A DNA stretch of 29,184 bases from Candidatus Methylomirabilia bacterium (GCA_041496385.1 JBGQEL010000047.1:1-29184), one strand, 5' to 3'. Shown: positions 1 to 12,006, counted from the first letter of the stretch. Numbers and translations are program-made. Notes: generated from the sequence alone by a model not told the origin.

Positions 1-1158
1 CACGTTGAGGGTCTGGCCGAGGAAGTACATGCAGATGAACGAGAGCAGGATCGAGAGCGGGATGGCGATCGAGATGATCAGCGTGGAGGTCAGCGAGCGC
101 AGGAAGAGGAGGATCACGAGGAAGGCCAGCGCGGAGCCCTGGATCGCCTCGTGCCAGAGGCTCTCGATCGCCTGGCGGATGTAGATCGACTGGTCGAGCG
201 TGATCCCGATCCGGACGCCGGGGGGCACGCCGAGGAGCCTCGGCATGAGGGCCTTCACCTGGTCCACGACCCCGATCGTGTTGGCGCCGGGCTGCTTGTT
301 GACGTTGAGGACGACCCCGCGCTCGGCGTCGATGCGAACGATCGACGTCTGCGTCTCGTGGGAGTCGGCGACCTGCCCCACGTCCTTGATGTGGACCGGG
401 ACCTCGTTCGGCCCCACCGTGCGGACGACGATGTCCTCCATCGGCGCCACGATCTTGAACTGGTTGTTCGTGTAGAGGTTGTAGTCGAGCCGGCCGGCCT
501 TGAGGTCGCCCGCGGGCAGCAGGAAGTTGGAGTTGTTGACGGCGCGCACGACGTCGAGGATCGACAGCCCCTTGGCGTAGAGCTGGTCGCGGTTCAGGTT
601 GACCGTGATCTGCCGAAGCTTGCCGCCGTCCACCGAGGCCGACGCGACGCCGCCGAGGCGCTCGAGCTGCGGCTCGATCGTGTTGTAGGCGAGGTCGTAG
701 AGCTGGCGCTCGTCCAGGCCGCCGCCGGAGACGGTGACCAGCGCCACCGGAAGGTTCGAGAGGTCGAACCGCACGATGAACGGCTGCTTGATGCCGGTCG
801 GCAGCGAGTTGAGGATCTGCTGGATCCGCTGGATGACCTCGGTCTGGCCGTTGTTGACGTCGGCGCCCCAGTTCATCCAGACACGCACCGTCGAGAGGCC
901 CTGGCGCGACTTGGACTCGACGAACCGCACGTCGCTCACCGCGCTCACGGCCTTCTCGATCGGGTAGGTCACGGTCTTCTCGATGTCCAGGACGCCGGCG
1001 CCGGTGTAGAGCGTGCCCACGTTGATGATCGGCAGGTTGATGTTCGGGAAGAGGTCGATGGGCAGGCGGCCCAGGGCCACGAGCCCGAGGATGGCCACGC
1101 CCAGCGACGCCATGAGAATGGCGATGGCGTTTCGCAGCGCGACGAGCGTCAGCCACAT
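1..1158 (-). CDS. Efflux RND transporter permease subunit (AcrB/AcrD/AcrF family), 5' part; runs off the window
   Basis: Absent from the ORF track because there is no stop in the window. Manual translation from ATG 1158 gives MWLTLVALRNAIAILMASLGVAILGLVALGRLPIDLFPNINLP...YTGAG...IEKTVTYPIEKAV...ESKSRQGLSTV. The LP-x-D-LFP and IE-x-x-VT-x-PIE motifs are typical of the AcrB N-terminus. Confidence 0.95.
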   Translation of the reverse strand, partial: MWLTLVALRNAIAILMASLGVAILGLVALGRLPIDLFPNINLPIINVGTLYTGAGVLDIEKTVTYPIEKAVSAVSDVRFVESKSRQGLSTVRVWMNWGADVNNGQTEVIQRIQQILNSLPTGIKQPFIVRFDLSNLPVALVTVSGGGLDERQLYDLAYNTIEPQLERLGGVASASVDGGKLRQITVNLNRDQLYAKGLSILDVVRAVNNSNFLLPAGDLKAGRLDYNLYTNNQFKIVAPMEDIVVRTVGPNEVPVHIKDVGQVADSHETQTSIVRIDAERGVVLNVNKQPGANTIGVVDQVKALMPRLLGVPPGVRIGITLDQSIYIRQAIESLWHEAIQGSALAFLVILLFLRSLTSTLIISIAIPLSILLSFICMYFLGQTLNV

Positions 1159-1289
1159 TCAAGCAGTAGACGAATGACGGGCTCCTGGGTTGACGTCGAT
1201 CCCCTTCCGGGGCACGGCCGGCCAAAGGATAGCGCAAGCCACCATACAGCAGAAGCGGTTCGGGCGCGGACTCGATACACTGATCTCGG

Positions 1290-1760
1290 ATGGGACCGCG
1301 CCTGAGCCGTTCCCTCGCCTTCGCCTTGACCCTGCTGCTCGCCGGCTGCGTCGCCGAGGTGCCGCTCACGATACCGGCCGGCTCGGTGCCGGATCTTCGC
1401 GGAACCTGGCGGGGAACGTGGGGCGGCACTCCCCTGACCCTCCTGGTCCTCGCGCAGGACGACGCGTCGCCCAGGGGCGGCTTCTTTGTCGGGCCCTGGC
1501 CGCTGTCCGGAGATCCGCTGCCGGGCCTGTCCGGCGTGCTGACCTTCACGGTGCGCGGCGAGGCCACCTCGGTGAACGTCCACGGCCGGATGGGCGACTC
1601 GAACGGTCGGCTCACGCTCGTGCTGGATCCGCTCACCGTCAACGGCGAGCAGATCACCCTGACGTACGTCAACCCGCGCCGCCTGGCGGGTACGGGGACC
1701 TCGCGACCGACCTGGGAGCCGCAGGGCCCCATCGAGCTGGCGCGTCCGGAGGGCGATTGA
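1290..1760 (+). CDS. Hypothetical lipoprotein
   Basis: Signal peptide with lipobox LLAGC, then DLRGTWRGTW beta-rich sequence; high-GC codon usage. Confidence 0.75.
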   Translation: MGPRLSRSLAFALTLLLAGCVAEVPLTIPAGSVPDLRGTWRGTWGGTPLTLLVLAQDDASPRGGFFVGPWPLSGDPLPGLSGVLTFTVRGEATSVNVHGRMGDSNGRLTLVLDPLTVNGEQITLTYVNPRRLAGTGTSRPTWEPQGPIELARPEGD

Positions 1761-1812
1761 ATCCGGAACCCTCCGGGGGGATATTGGGGTTGTAGATGAG
1801 GAGGATGTCGCC

Positions 1813-2232
1813 ATGCGCACGATGATCCGATCCGCTCTCGCCGTGGTCCAGCTCGGGCTGATCGTCCTCGCCGTCTCGGCGTGTGCCAGCAGTCAGCTGA
1901 CGCCCACCGCCTCGACGACCACCCTGATGGCGGGGTGGCAGTACAGGTTCAAGCTCGACTGGGCCGTCGCGCCCGAGCAGGCCGAGACGCGCCGCATCCT
2001 CGGTAACATCTCGAGCCAGCACGGGGAGGACGCCGTCTCCGTGCGCCTGCTGGCCCAGGCGTTCGACGCGTCGGGCAAGGTGGTAGGCCAGCGTATCGCG
2101 TGGGTGCCCGGCGGGGTCTCGGGATTCGCGCGCGTGTCCTTCGTGGTGACGAGCCTGCCGGCCGCCGACCACTACGCGGTGACCGTGTGGGACTACACCT
2201 TCTTCCAGGGTGGTCCGGGCATGTTCCGCTAA
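1813..2232 (+). CDS. Hypothetical lipoprotein (possibly FxLYD-like Ig fold)
   Basis: GAGGAGG RBS upstream, lipobox VSAC, and an 'AFDASGKVVG' motif. Confidence 0.75.
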   Translation: MRTMIRSALAVVQLGLIVLAVSACASSQLTPTASTTTLMAGWQYRFKLDWAVAPEQAETRRILGNISSQHGEDAVSVRLLAQAFDASGKVVGQRIAWVPGGVSGFARVSFVVTSLPAADHYAVTVWDYTFFQGGPGMFR

Positions 2233-3136
2233 CGACCCGCGTCGTCCCGCCGGTGGAAGTAGCGCTCGAGGAACCTCAGCGCGACCGCGACGTGCATGGC
2301 GATCCCCGTGGCCAGCGCGGACTCGTTCAGGAGCATCCGGGTCGAGTGATTCGGGAACACGGGCCCGCTCTCCGGCCGCGTGCCGAGGTTCGCCATCGCG
2401 CCCGGCACGCGCTGGAGCACGTAGGAGAAGTCCTCGCGCCGACCTCCGCGCCGTGGGCGGCCGCGACCCCCTCGGCCACGCGGCGCACGCCCTCCAGCAC
2501 GCGCTCGCGCGTCGCCTCGGAGACGGTGCGCACCGTGCCGAGCAGGCTCGCCGTCTCGGGAATCACGTTGCGCGTCGTGCCCGCCTCGATCTTGGCGATC
2601 GTGATGACCGCGGGGTCGAAGACGTTCACCCGGGCGCGTGACCAGCGTCTGGAAGGCCTGCACGATCTCGCAGGCGATCGGGATCGGGTCGAGACAGTCG
2701 TGCGGCGCCGAGGCGTGCCCGCCCTTGCCGCGCACGACGATCTGGATCGTGTCGCCGGACGCCATCGCCGGCCCGGGTCGCGTGGCGACGACGCCGGGCG
2801 GGTGGCGGTGCCCGACGTGGAGCGCGAACGCGCCGGCGAGCGCCTCGCGACGCCGGGCGAGGAGGTGCGCGGCGCCGAGCAGCATGGCCACGTGGGCGTC
2901 GTGGCCGCAGGCATGCATGGCGCCATCCACCTCCGAGGCGAACGGCAGGCGACGACCGACGTCGTCCACCGGCCCGTCCGGACCTCGAGCCCGAGCCCGT
3001 CGAGGCGCTCGAGGACGGTCGCCTGCGTGCGCGGCAGCGTGAGCCCGATCTCGGGGTGCCGGTGGATGCGCCGGCGGAGCTGGATCGTCTCGTCGAGCGC
3101 GCGCTGCGCCTCGTCCAGGATCTCGATCGCCTTCAC
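2229..3136 (-). pseudogene. M20 family amidohydrolase (hippurate hydrolase-like) pseudogene with several deletions and frameshifts
   Basis: GTG 3136 overlaps the kinase stop. Motifs RRRIHRHPEIG, MHACGHDAH, GKGGHASAPH, NVIPET and EDFSY...PNHS are spread over two frames. The conserved LRADMDAL and FQPxEE segments are missing. About 0.9 kb versus about 1.2 kb expected. Confidence 0.88.
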
Positions 3137-5379
3137 GTTCGCGCCTCCTCGTGCCCGGCCGGGATGCGGAACGTGAACGTCGTCCCCCGCCCGACCTCGC
3201 TCGTCACCCGGATCGTGCCCCCGTGCAGCTCGACGAACTTCCGGCAGAGGGCGAGCCCGAGCCCCGTTCCCTCCTGCTTCGCCCCGCTGCTCCCGACCTG
3301 ACGGAACTCCTCGAACACCGCCTCGTGATCCTCCGGCGCGATGCCGACACCGGTATCGCTGACGGACACCTCCACGAACCCGTTCGCCCGCACGGCGCGC
3401 ACCTCGACTCGGCCGCCCTCGGGCGTGAACTTGATCGCGTTGGACAGCAAGTTGAGGACTACCTGCTTGATCTTTCGCTCGTCCGCGCGGAGGGCGCCCA
3501 CCCGCGCGTCCACGCTCACGGAGAGCGCGATACCGCGGCGCTCGGCCCGCTCGTGGACGAGAGTCAAGGCGGCGCCGATCACTGAGGGCAGCTCGATGCC
3601 CGCCAGCTCCAGCTCCATGCGTCCCGCCTCGATCTTGGAGAGATCGAGGATGTCGTTGATCAGCGACAGGAGGTGGCGGCCCGAGCCGAAGATGTCGTGC
3701 AGGTACTCGGCCTGCTTCTCGTTCAGCTCGCCGAACATCCGCTCGAGGAGCGCCTCGGAGAAGCCGATGATCGCGTTGAGCGGCGTGCGCAGCTCGTGGG
3801 ACATGTTGGCCAGGAACTCGGACTTGTGCCGGCTGGCGACCTCGAGCTGGGCGCTCTTGTCTCCGAGCTCGCGGAGCAGGCGCTCGTTCTGCGCGAGCGC
3901 CTCGGTCAGCGCGTGGTTGCGCGTGGCGACCTCGTGCTCCCGGGCGCGGGCCTCGGCGTAGAGGCGCGCCTCCTCGAGCGCCGTCGCGAGCTGCTGGCAG
4001 AGCAGGTTGAACAGCTCGGCGTGGGCCGGCGTGATCGGACGCCGGCTCGTCTTGTTGTCCGCGCTGGCCACCCCGATCACCCGATCGCCGGCGAGCAGCG
4101 GCGCCACGATGAAGCGCCGGCTGCGCATGTACGGGCGCTCGAGGTACTCGCGGTTGGCGAGCGGCACCCGCCGCAGATCCTCGTCGCTGAGGACCGCGAT
4201 GGGGCGGCGCGTCTGGAACGCCTGATAGAGCGGGCCGGCGGCCGGCGAGAGCGGCAGGCGCTCGAACATCTCGACGCCGACCGCCGCGGCGACGTCGAAG
4301 GTACTGAGGTCGGGCGAGGCCAGCGCGACGTAGAAGCGATCGAACCCGAGCGCCTCCTGGACGCCCTGCTCGAAGGCGCGCAGACGGTCCTCGCGCTCCC
4401 AGGACATCTCCATCGCGCTGGAGACGCGGTAGAGCCGGTCGAGCACGGCGCGCGCGTCCTCGGCCTCCCGGAACATCAGCCGGTAGCGCTCCTCGCTCTC
4501 GCGGAGCGCCTCGTCGGCGAGCTTGCGCTCGGTGATGTCGCGGTAGACGCCCTGGAAGCCGACGCGCGCGCCGTGCCGGTTGCGCATGGTCCGCGTCCGG
4601 CCCTCGAGCTGGACGATACGCCCGTCCTTGCACAGCGCGGCGACCTCGAAGATCGAGGGCAGCTTCTCTCCGCCCAGCGCGCGGCGCGTCCGCTCCGCCA
4701 TCCGTTCCCGGTCGACCGGCGCGATGAGCGTCTGCCAGTTCTCGCCCATCAGCTCGTCCGTGGTCCAGCCCGTCAGCTTCGCGTAGGCCCGGTTCACGCT
4801 CGTGACCGTGCCGTCCAGGGTGAACGTCAGGATCGAGTCGCTCGCATTGTCGAAGAGGCTCCGATAGCGCTCCTCGCTCTCCCGGAGCGCCTCGTCCGAG
4901 AGCCGGCGCTCGGAGACGTCCCGATACACGCCCTCGTGTCCGATGGGCCGCCCGCGGGCGTCCCGCAAGAGCCGCGCCCAGCCCTCGAGCGGCAGCGCGC
5001 TCCCGTCGCGCCGGACCGCCTCCAGCTCGAAGATCTTCGGCAGCTTCTCCCCGGCGAGCGCCAGGCGCATGCGCTCCTCGCCGAGCGCGAACGACTCCGG
5101 CGTGATCAGCTCCCGGATGTTGCGGCCGATCAGCTCCTCGCGGGGCCACCCCAGGGTTTCCTCGGTAGCCCGGTTGACGCTCGTGACCTTCCCGTCGAGC
5201 GCGACGGCGATGATGAGGTCGCTCGCGTGCTCGAACAGGGCCCGGAAGCGCGCCTCGCTCGCGCGCAGGGTCGCCTCCGCGCGCCGGCGGCGCGCGCGGC
5301 CGCGCTCGAGCGCCTCGACGCGCCGCCGCAGCGCTTCGACCTGCGCCGCGAGCCCGGCCCGTGGCGGGTGCGCGCTCAT
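3133..5379 (-). CDS. PAS-PAS-GAF sensor histidine kinase
   Basis: Two PAS repeats (RFRALFEHASD, RYRSLFDNASD), a GAF region (FIVAPLLAGDRVIGV), H-box FLANMSHELRTPLNAI, N-box NLLSNAIKFT, and G-boxes DTGVGI and GTGLGLA. Confidence 0.95.
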   Translation of the reverse strand: MSAHPPRAGLAAQVEALRRRVEALERGRARRRRAEATLRASEARFRALFEHASDLIIAVALDGKVTSVNRATEETLGWPREELIGRNIRELITPESFALGEERMRLALAGEKLPKIFELEAVRRDGSALPLEGWARLLRDARGRPIGHEGVYRDVSERRLSDEALRESEERYRSLFDNASDSILTFTLDGTVTSVNRAYAKLTGWTTDELMGENWQTLIAPVDRERMAERTRRALGGEKLPSIFEVAALCKDGRIVQLEGRTRTMRNRHGARVGFQGVYRDITERKLADEALRESEERYRLMFREAEDARAVLDRLYRVSSAMEMSWEREDRLRAFEQGVQEALGFDRFYVALASPDLSTFDVAAAVGVEMFERLPLSPAAGPLYQAFQTRRPIAVLSDEDLRRVPLANREYLERPYMRSRRFIVAPLLAGDRVIGVASADNKTSRRPITPAHAELFNLLCQQLATALEEARLYAEARAREHEVATRNHALTEALAQNERLLRELGDKSAQLEVASRHKSEFLANMSHELRTPLNAIIGFSEALLERMFGELNEKQAEYLHDIFGSGRHLLSLINDILDLSKIEAGRMELELAGIELPSVIGAALTLVHERAERRGIALSVSVDARVGALRADERKIKQVVLNLLSNAIKFTPEGGRVEVRAVRANGFVEVSVSDTGVGIAPEDHEAVFEEFRQVGSSGAKQEGTGLGLALCRKFVELHGGTIRVTSEVGRGTTFTFRIPAGHEEART

Positions 5380-5456
5380 CGGGCCGCGCCGCGGCGGCCG
5401 GGCGCGCCGCTGACGCGCGCCCCGCGGCCGGCTTCATCGATCCCCACCACGACCAT
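5376..5456 (-). other. 26-aa small ORF beginning with the RNase HII signature (MVVVGIDEAGRG...); possible rnhB remnant or leader peptide
   Basis: AGGAGGAG RBS upstream of ATG 5456. Translation is MVVVGIDEAGRGARVSGAPGRRGAAR*, and its TGA overlaps the kinase ATG (ATGA). Confidence 0.45.
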
Positions 5457-5529
5457 CGCGTCCGGCTCCTCCTGCTGCCTGGAAGCCTACTGCACCGACG
5501 GGGCCGAGACCAGCTAGACTGACTCCGCC

Positions 5530-5907
5530 GTGTTCGGCTCCCGCGCCCTCGCCGAGATCCTACGCCTCGACCCCGTCAGGGACCAGCAGCGGATCGTCTT
5601 CCTGACGACCCGCGTCGATTTTCCGTTCGACACCACGCGCGCGTTCGAGCTGGCGCTCTTCCGGACGTTCTGCGTGCCGCTTCGCCATCGCCAACGAGGA
5701 CTTCCTCTACGTGCGGTCCGCGTTCGTCTTCGAGCCCATTCGCTTCATCGACCGCTTCGGCTGGCGGCCGCTCTGCTGGCGCGCCGCGCGCGCGCGACGG
5801 CGCTCGCGTGGTCGCCGCGCCGCCGGTGGCCGCTGTTCAGGTCCGAGCTGCGCCGTGCGACGTATCCCGGCGGCCATCGGATCGACCATGTCAGCCCGCC
5901 GCAATGA
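5530..5907 (+). pseudogene. DUF2236/MpaB-like oxygenase family pseudogene (internally deleted)
   Basis: One frame gives DFPFDTTRAFELALFRTFCVP. A second frame (about 5678-5775) gives RFAIANEDFLYVRSAFVFEPIRFIDRFGWRPL. The first frame resumes for the C-terminal TYPGGHRI. Only about 380 nt remain. Confidence 0.75.
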
Positions 5908-5910
5908 CGC

Positions 5911-6599
5911 TCACGGCCGAGAACCGGTGAGCCGGCGAGCCTCCTCGATCGTTCGCGTCAGCACCTCGCGCGTTCTCTTCGACGTCTCGGCGTCCGGGTT
6001 CGTGAAGCGGAACTCGACCTGCCGCAGCGTCGCCTTCTCCACGCGTGGCCCCGTGCACACCGTGAAGAGGAGCTCGACCGGCCTCCGATTCGCACCCTCC
6101 GAGAACACGGTCTTCACCATGTAGTTCTTGAACAGACAGTCCGAGGTGTTCCACTGCTCCGCGGCCGCCGACTCGATCCTCGCGCTGACGTAGGCGGGCG
6201 AGAGCGCCCGGGCCGCCTGGAAGCCCTGGGCGCGGCCGAACCCCTGCTTCACGAGGCCCAGGAAGTATCCGACCATCTTCCGGTCCATCGCGGCGTCACG
6301 GGCGCTCACGACCTCTTCGAAATACCGGAACAGCGAGACCAGCGCGTCGACATTCCCCGCCGCGAGCCCTTGCTGGGCCTGGTCCAGCAGGGCCTTGTCC
6401 TTCGCCTCGGCGGGCGCCGCGGGCGCCGGCAACGCCTTGGGCGCGTCCGGCTCGGCCGACGGCGGGGGCGGGGTGTCCGTGTAGTGCACGCGCCCCTCGG
6501 CGTCGGTCCATCGATAGATGCGTCCCTGCGCGAGCGCGGGGGTGCCGAGGGCGATGCAGAGGAGCAGGCTCAGCCCGAGGGCTCTCGTCATCCTCACGC

Positions 6600-6603
<4 letters not shown>
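5911..6603 (-). CDS. DUF4124 domain-containing secreted protein
   Basis: ATG 6603 overlaps the upstream kinase stop. Signal peptide ending ALA, then IYRWTDAEGRVHYTDTPP, then a Pro/Ala linker. This is the real C-terminal part of the 783-aa track ORF. Confidence 0.85.
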
Positions 6604-8231
<1,628 letters not shown>

Positions 8232-8284
8232 GCAGGGCCTCTGACCAGTCGGGCCGGTTCACTGCAGCGGCACCGCGTGCGTCG

Positions 8285-8314
8285 AGCTTAGCGGGACCGC
8301 CCTCGGGTGGTCAA
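8285..8314 (-). promoter_or_regulatory. Putative sigma70-type promoter for the hybrid kinase
   Basis: TTGACC (8314-8309), 18-nt spacer, TAAGCT (8290-8285) on the minus strand. Confidence 0.5.
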
Positions 8315-8357
8315 GGACCGGTGACCGCCGTTGCCGCACTGTTACACTGAACGTGCC

Positions 8358-9011
8358 GTGTTCCCGTTTCGTTCCGCGGGGGTCGTGGTGATGGTGGCGG
8401 CGACGGCCGCGCTGGGCTGCGCCCGCCCACGACCGGTCGCCGTCCCGGCGGCGCTCGGCCAGGAGGAAGCGGGCCAGGCCTCCTGGTACGGCGCCCCCTA
8501 CCACGGCCGCCGCGCGGCCAGCGGCGAGGTCTACGACATGAACCAGATGACCGCCGCGCATCGCACGCTGCCCTTCGGCACCTGGCTGGCCGTCGAGAAC
8601 CTCGACAACGGCCGCACGGCCGAGGTGCGGATCAATGACCGCGGCCCCTTCGTCGAGCCGCGCATCCTCGACCTTTCGTACGCCGCGGCCCAGGTCCTGG
8701 GTGCGACCGGGCCGGGCGTCATTCCGGTCCGCGTGCGCGTGATCGCGCAGCCGGCCGCGGCCGGCGTGACCCGGGGACGCGCGTTCACGATCCAGGTGGG
8801 CGCGTTCAGCACGCGGGACCGCGCCGTCGCGCTCCAGCGCGAGCTCGAGGGCACGGGCGCCGGCGCCGGCGGCGTCCAGTCGTCGGAGGTCGGAGGCCGC
8901 ACGATCCACCGGGTGCGCGTCGGCCGCTTCGCCGATCGCGCGGAGGCCGAAGAGCGCGCCGGACGTCTCGCCACCCTCGGGTATTCGGTCCTCGTCGTCG
9001 CCGAGGAGTGA
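8358..9011 (+). CDS. rlpA: Septal ring lytic transglycosylase RlpA family lipoprotein with SPOR domain
   Basis: Lipobox ALGC; GQASWYG...YHGRRAASGEVYDMNQMTAAHRTLPFG...VRINDRGPF...RILDLS; C-terminal SPOR (IQVGAFS...HRVRVG). Start placed at GTG 8358, just after an extended -10 TGT-TACACT. Confidence 0.93.
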   Translation: MFPFRSAGVVVMVAATAALGCARPRPVAVPAALGQEEAGQASWYGAPYHGRRAASGEVYDMNQMTAAHRTLPFGTWLAVENLDNGRTAEVRINDRGPFVEPRILDLSYAAAQVLGATGPGVIPVRVRVIAQPAAAGVTRGRAFTIQVGAFSTRDRAVALQRELEGTGAGAGGVQSSEVGGRTIHRVRVGRFADRAEAEERAGRLATLGYSVLVVAEE

Positions 9012-9161
9012 CGGCGGGTGTCGAGATCGTGACGCTGGGTCAGCCCGGCACGATCATCCGGCCGGTGTAAGTCCCGACCGTCGTTGAGATGTGGCGTGCG
9101 CGGTGGGCTGGCACCGGGACTGCTCTCCCGTACCCTCGTGGAACGAAATGGAGGCCACGCC

Positions 9162-9395
9162 ATGCAGAGGGGACAGGCGATCACCGTCGACAACGTCGAC
9201 GAGGCCGGCACGACGCTGGGGCTCAGCATCACGAACGGGCAGAAGAGGTATCACGGGCTGCTCACGCGGCACACCTGCACCGAGCCCAGGCGGCTCGACG
9301 CCGGCGACGTCGTCGTCGTCCGGAGCTCGGCCCCGAGCAAGCACGTCCTCGTCCAGATCCCCTGCGGGTGCGAGCTGATGCTCTTCGTGGCGTGA
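9162..9395 (+). CDS. Small hypothetical protein (77 aa)
   Basis: GGAGG RBS before ATG 9162; MQRGQAITVDNVDEAG...IPCGCELMLFVA; coding-like codon usage. Confidence 0.65.
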   Translation: MQRGQAITVDNVDEAGTTLGLSITNGQKRYHGLLTRHTCTEPRRLDAGDVVVVRSSAPSKHVLVQIPCGCELMLFVA

Positions 9396-9420
9396 GGCCG
9401 GGCGGGCGTCCTTCGTCTCG

Positions 9421-9984
9421 TCAGAAGAAGGACGGGTACGGGTACGGACTCGGCCCGGCAGGCTCCGGGGACGCGGGCAGCGTCCGGTACCCGCCTTCGT
9501 AGTAGAGCAGCGGCGGCGCGGCCTCGTTGATGGCCAGCTCCTCGACCTCGGCGACGAACAGCGTATGGTCGCCGCATCGGTAGCGATGCCCGATCCGCGC
9601 GGCGATCACGACGGCGGCGTGCGCGAGGACGGGCACGCCGGCCAGCTCACCGAACGCGGGCGCGAAGCCCGAGACGGCCTGGCCGGCGAAGTGGCGGCTG
9701 GCCGGCTCCTGCGCCTGGGCGAGGATGCTCACGCCGAACCGTCGCGCGGCGGCGAGCCGCGCGTGCATGCGCGCCGTGCGCCCCACCGAGACGACCACGA
9801 GCGGCGGCTCGAGCGACCCCGACATGAACGCGTTGGCGGTCATCGCGTGCGGCGCGCGGCGCGGCCCCACCGTCAGCACGATCACGCCCGTGGCGAAGCG
9901 GCCGAGCGCGTTGCGGAACACGCGGCTGTCGAACGCGCGGGGGGCCGGGCGCCGGCGGGCTCGCGTCCGACGATCGGCGATCAA
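9421..9984 (-). CDS. Flavin reductase family protein (HpaC/DIM6/NTAB-like)
   Basis: [31 protein letters not shown] and PLLYY motifs. Probable TTG start overlaps the oxygenase stop (TTGA). Confidence 0.92.
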   Translation of the reverse strand: MIADRRTRARRRPAPRAFDSRVFRNALGRFATGVIVLTVGPRRAPHAMTANAFMSGSLEPPLVVVSVGRTARMHARLAAARRFGVSILAQAQEPASRHFAGQAVSGFAPAFGELAGVPVLAHAAVVIAARIGHRYRCGDHTLFVAEVEELAINEAAPPLLYYEGGYRTLPASPEPAGPSPYPYPSFF

Positions 9985-11522
9985 CGCAGCGCGCTGATCT
10001 TCGTGGTGTTGACGAGATCCTTGGCCGTCCAGCCGTCGAGGTCGTACTCCGCCATGCACGTTTCCGCGAACTGCTTCCAGCGATCGTACTGGCCCGACGC
10101 GAGCGCGCCGAAGAGGGCGTAGCGCCGGATCTCCTCGTGGCTCCCCGAGTAGTTGATCTCGTACAGCTCGTGCCGCCCGCCGAACTCACTGCCGATCGCG
10201 TCCCACAGGAGCTTCATCAGCTTGACCCGGCCGACGGCATCGACGCCGCCCGATCCCCGCAGGTACAGGTCGAGGTACTTGCGCAGATCCGGCGCCTTGA
10301 AGTCCCGCGCGTGCGAGTTCAGGTAGATGAGCCCGCTCGCGACGGTCTTCTCGATGAGGTTCTTGACCTGGACGTAGGCCTCGGGCGCCAGCACCTGGTA
10401 CGCGGCGGCCGGCTCCATCCCCGGCAGGATGCAGCCGCCGGTCCACGGGTCGGCGGTCTTCGCCATCGCGTCCGAGAGCCCCCAGATCATGTTGCGCCAG
10501 GCGATGACCTCGCCGATGTTCGCCTCGACGCCCCGGAACGAGCGCGAGCCCGTGATCTCCGTGGCCTTGATCATGAGACCCGTGATGAAGTCGAGCTTGA
10601 CGGCGAGCCGCGTGCAGCCGTGGATGAGCGCGCGCGGCAGGAACCCGGTGCGCGGGAAGAAGTTGTTGGCCTTGTCGATGTCGGCGTACACGAAGACGTC
10701 TTCCCAGGGCACGAACACGTCGTCCATGACGAAGATCGCGTCGTTCTCGTCCAGGCGGCTCGACAGCGGATAGTCGAACGGGCTGCCCAGCATGGCGGCG
10801 CGCATCTCGTTGGACACCCGGCAGATCAGCTTCACGCCCTTCGCGTTCGTCGGCACCATGAACACGACCGCGAAGTTCTTGCCCTGCACGGGGATGAGCC
10901 CGTGATGGGCGACGAACGTGAAGTGCGTCAGCGCGGAGCCCGTCGCCACCACCTTGGCCCCGGACACGTGGATGCCGGCGCTCGTCTCCTTGATGACGCG
11001 CGTATAGATGTCGGTGGGGCCGCCAGGCGCGCCGGGCGCCAGGTTGCGGTCGACCGGCGGGTGGATGATCGCGTGATTGATGAACGGCACCCGCTCCTGC
11101 GCGAACCGGTACCAGCGCCGCGCGTTGTCCTGGTAGGGCGTGTAGAACTCCGCGTTCGCCCCGAGCGTGGCGAGGAACGCCGCCTTGTAGTCGGGTGACC
11201 GCCCGAGCCAGCCGTAGGTGAGCCGCGCCCACGCGGCGATCGCGTCGCGCCCCGCGATCTGCTCATCGACGGTGGTCGGCGCGCGGAAGTAGCGATGCGT
11301 GAACCCGCCCCAGTCGGTGGGCATGGTCAGCACGTGCTTGCCGCGCTTGTGGTCGTCGTGCAGCGCGTCGTAGAGGCGCGCGAGCATCCGGGCGCAGTTC
11401 TGGAACGCCGGATGCGTGGTGATGTTCTTCACGCGCTCGCCGTAGATCCAGACCTCGCGATCGTCGTCGAGACTGGCGAGGAACTCCTTGCCGGTGTATG
11501 GCAGCGTCGCGGCAGCGGCCAT
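9981..11522 (-). CDS. 4-hydroxyphenylacetate 3-monooxygenase family oxygenase component (HpaB/PheA1/PvcC-like)
   Basis: [21 protein letters not shown]...[33 protein letters not shown] and [23 protein letters not shown] before ATG 11522. Substrate cannot be determined from sequence. Confidence 0.93.
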   Translation of the reverse strand: MAAAATLPYTGKEFLASLDDDREVWIYGERVKNITTHPAFQNCARMLARLYDALHDDHKRGKHVLTMPTDWGGFTHRYFRAPTTVDEQIAGRDAIAAWARLTYGWLGRSPDYKAAFLATLGANAEFYTPYQDNARRWYRFAQERVPFINHAIIHPPVDRNLAPGAPGGPTDIYTRVIKETSAGIHVSGAKVVATGSALTHFTFVAHHGLIPVQGKNFAVVFMVPTNAKGVKLICRVSNEMRAAMLGSPFDYPLSSRLDENDAIFVMDDVFVPWEDVFVYADIDKANNFFPRTGFLPRALIHGCTRLAVKLDFITGLMIKATEITGSRSFRGVEANIGEVIAWRNMIWGLSDAMAKTADPWTGGCILPGMEPAAAYQVLAPEAYVQVKNLIEKTVASGLIYLNSHARDFKAPDLRKYLDLYLRGSGGVDAVGRVKLMKLLWDAIGSEFGGRHELYEINYSGSHEEIRRYALFGALASGQYDRWKQFAETCMAEYDLDGWTAKDLVNTTKISALR

Positions 11523-11631
11523 GGTCGCATCCTCCCGGGACGTCACGTCCCTCGGTGGCATCGGACCCACTAACACCATGGACGGCGGGACGGTCAAGGA
11601 CGAAATTCCCGGAGGGTCGGCCGGTGGGGCC

Positions 11632-12006
11632 TCAGGCGTCGGCGGCGAGTCCCGCGATGATGAGGTCGGCCGTGGCGAGATTCGTGGCCAGCGGCACGTT
11701 GTGGACGTTACACACCCGGAGCAGCGCCCGGATGTCCGGATCGTGGGGCTGCGCCGAGAGCGGATCGACGAAGAAGAACACCGCGTCCATGGCGCGCGTG
11801 GCGGCCTGCGCGGCGATCTGCGCGTCGCCGCCCTCCGGCCCGCTCAGGAGCTCCTCGACGTCGAGCCCGACCTTGCCGCTAAGCAGACGAGCGGTGTGCC
11901 GCGTGGCGATCAGCGCGAAGCGCGCGAGGGTGTCCCGGTTGAACGTCGCCCAGGCGACGAGATCGACCTTCTTGTTGTCATGCGCGATCAGGGCCAGCTT
12001 GCGCAC
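11632..12006 (-). CDS. mgsA: Methylglyoxal synthase
   Basis: [40 protein letters not shown] and [20 protein letters not shown]. Confidence 0.95.
   Translation of the reverse strand: MRKLALIAHDNKKVDLVAWATFNRDTLARFALIATRHTARLLSGKVGLDVEELLSGPEGGDAQIAAQAATRAMDAVFFFVDPLSAQPHDPDIRALLRVCNVHNVPLATNLATADLIIAGLAADA

Noticed and set aside
151..1305. 384-aa plus-strand ORF and similar long antisense ORFs (3673-5517, 6759-8159, 15518-17224, 20311-21765, 23421-25016, 26023-27591)
   Set aside because: These are antisense shadows of well-supported genes, expected with high-GC codon bias.
2327..5437. 1036-aa minus-strand ORF
   Set aside because: It is an alternative-frame shadow of the kinase (Arg/Ala/Pro-rich). 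Only its end carries pieces of the amidohydrolase pseudogene, so it is not a true fusion.
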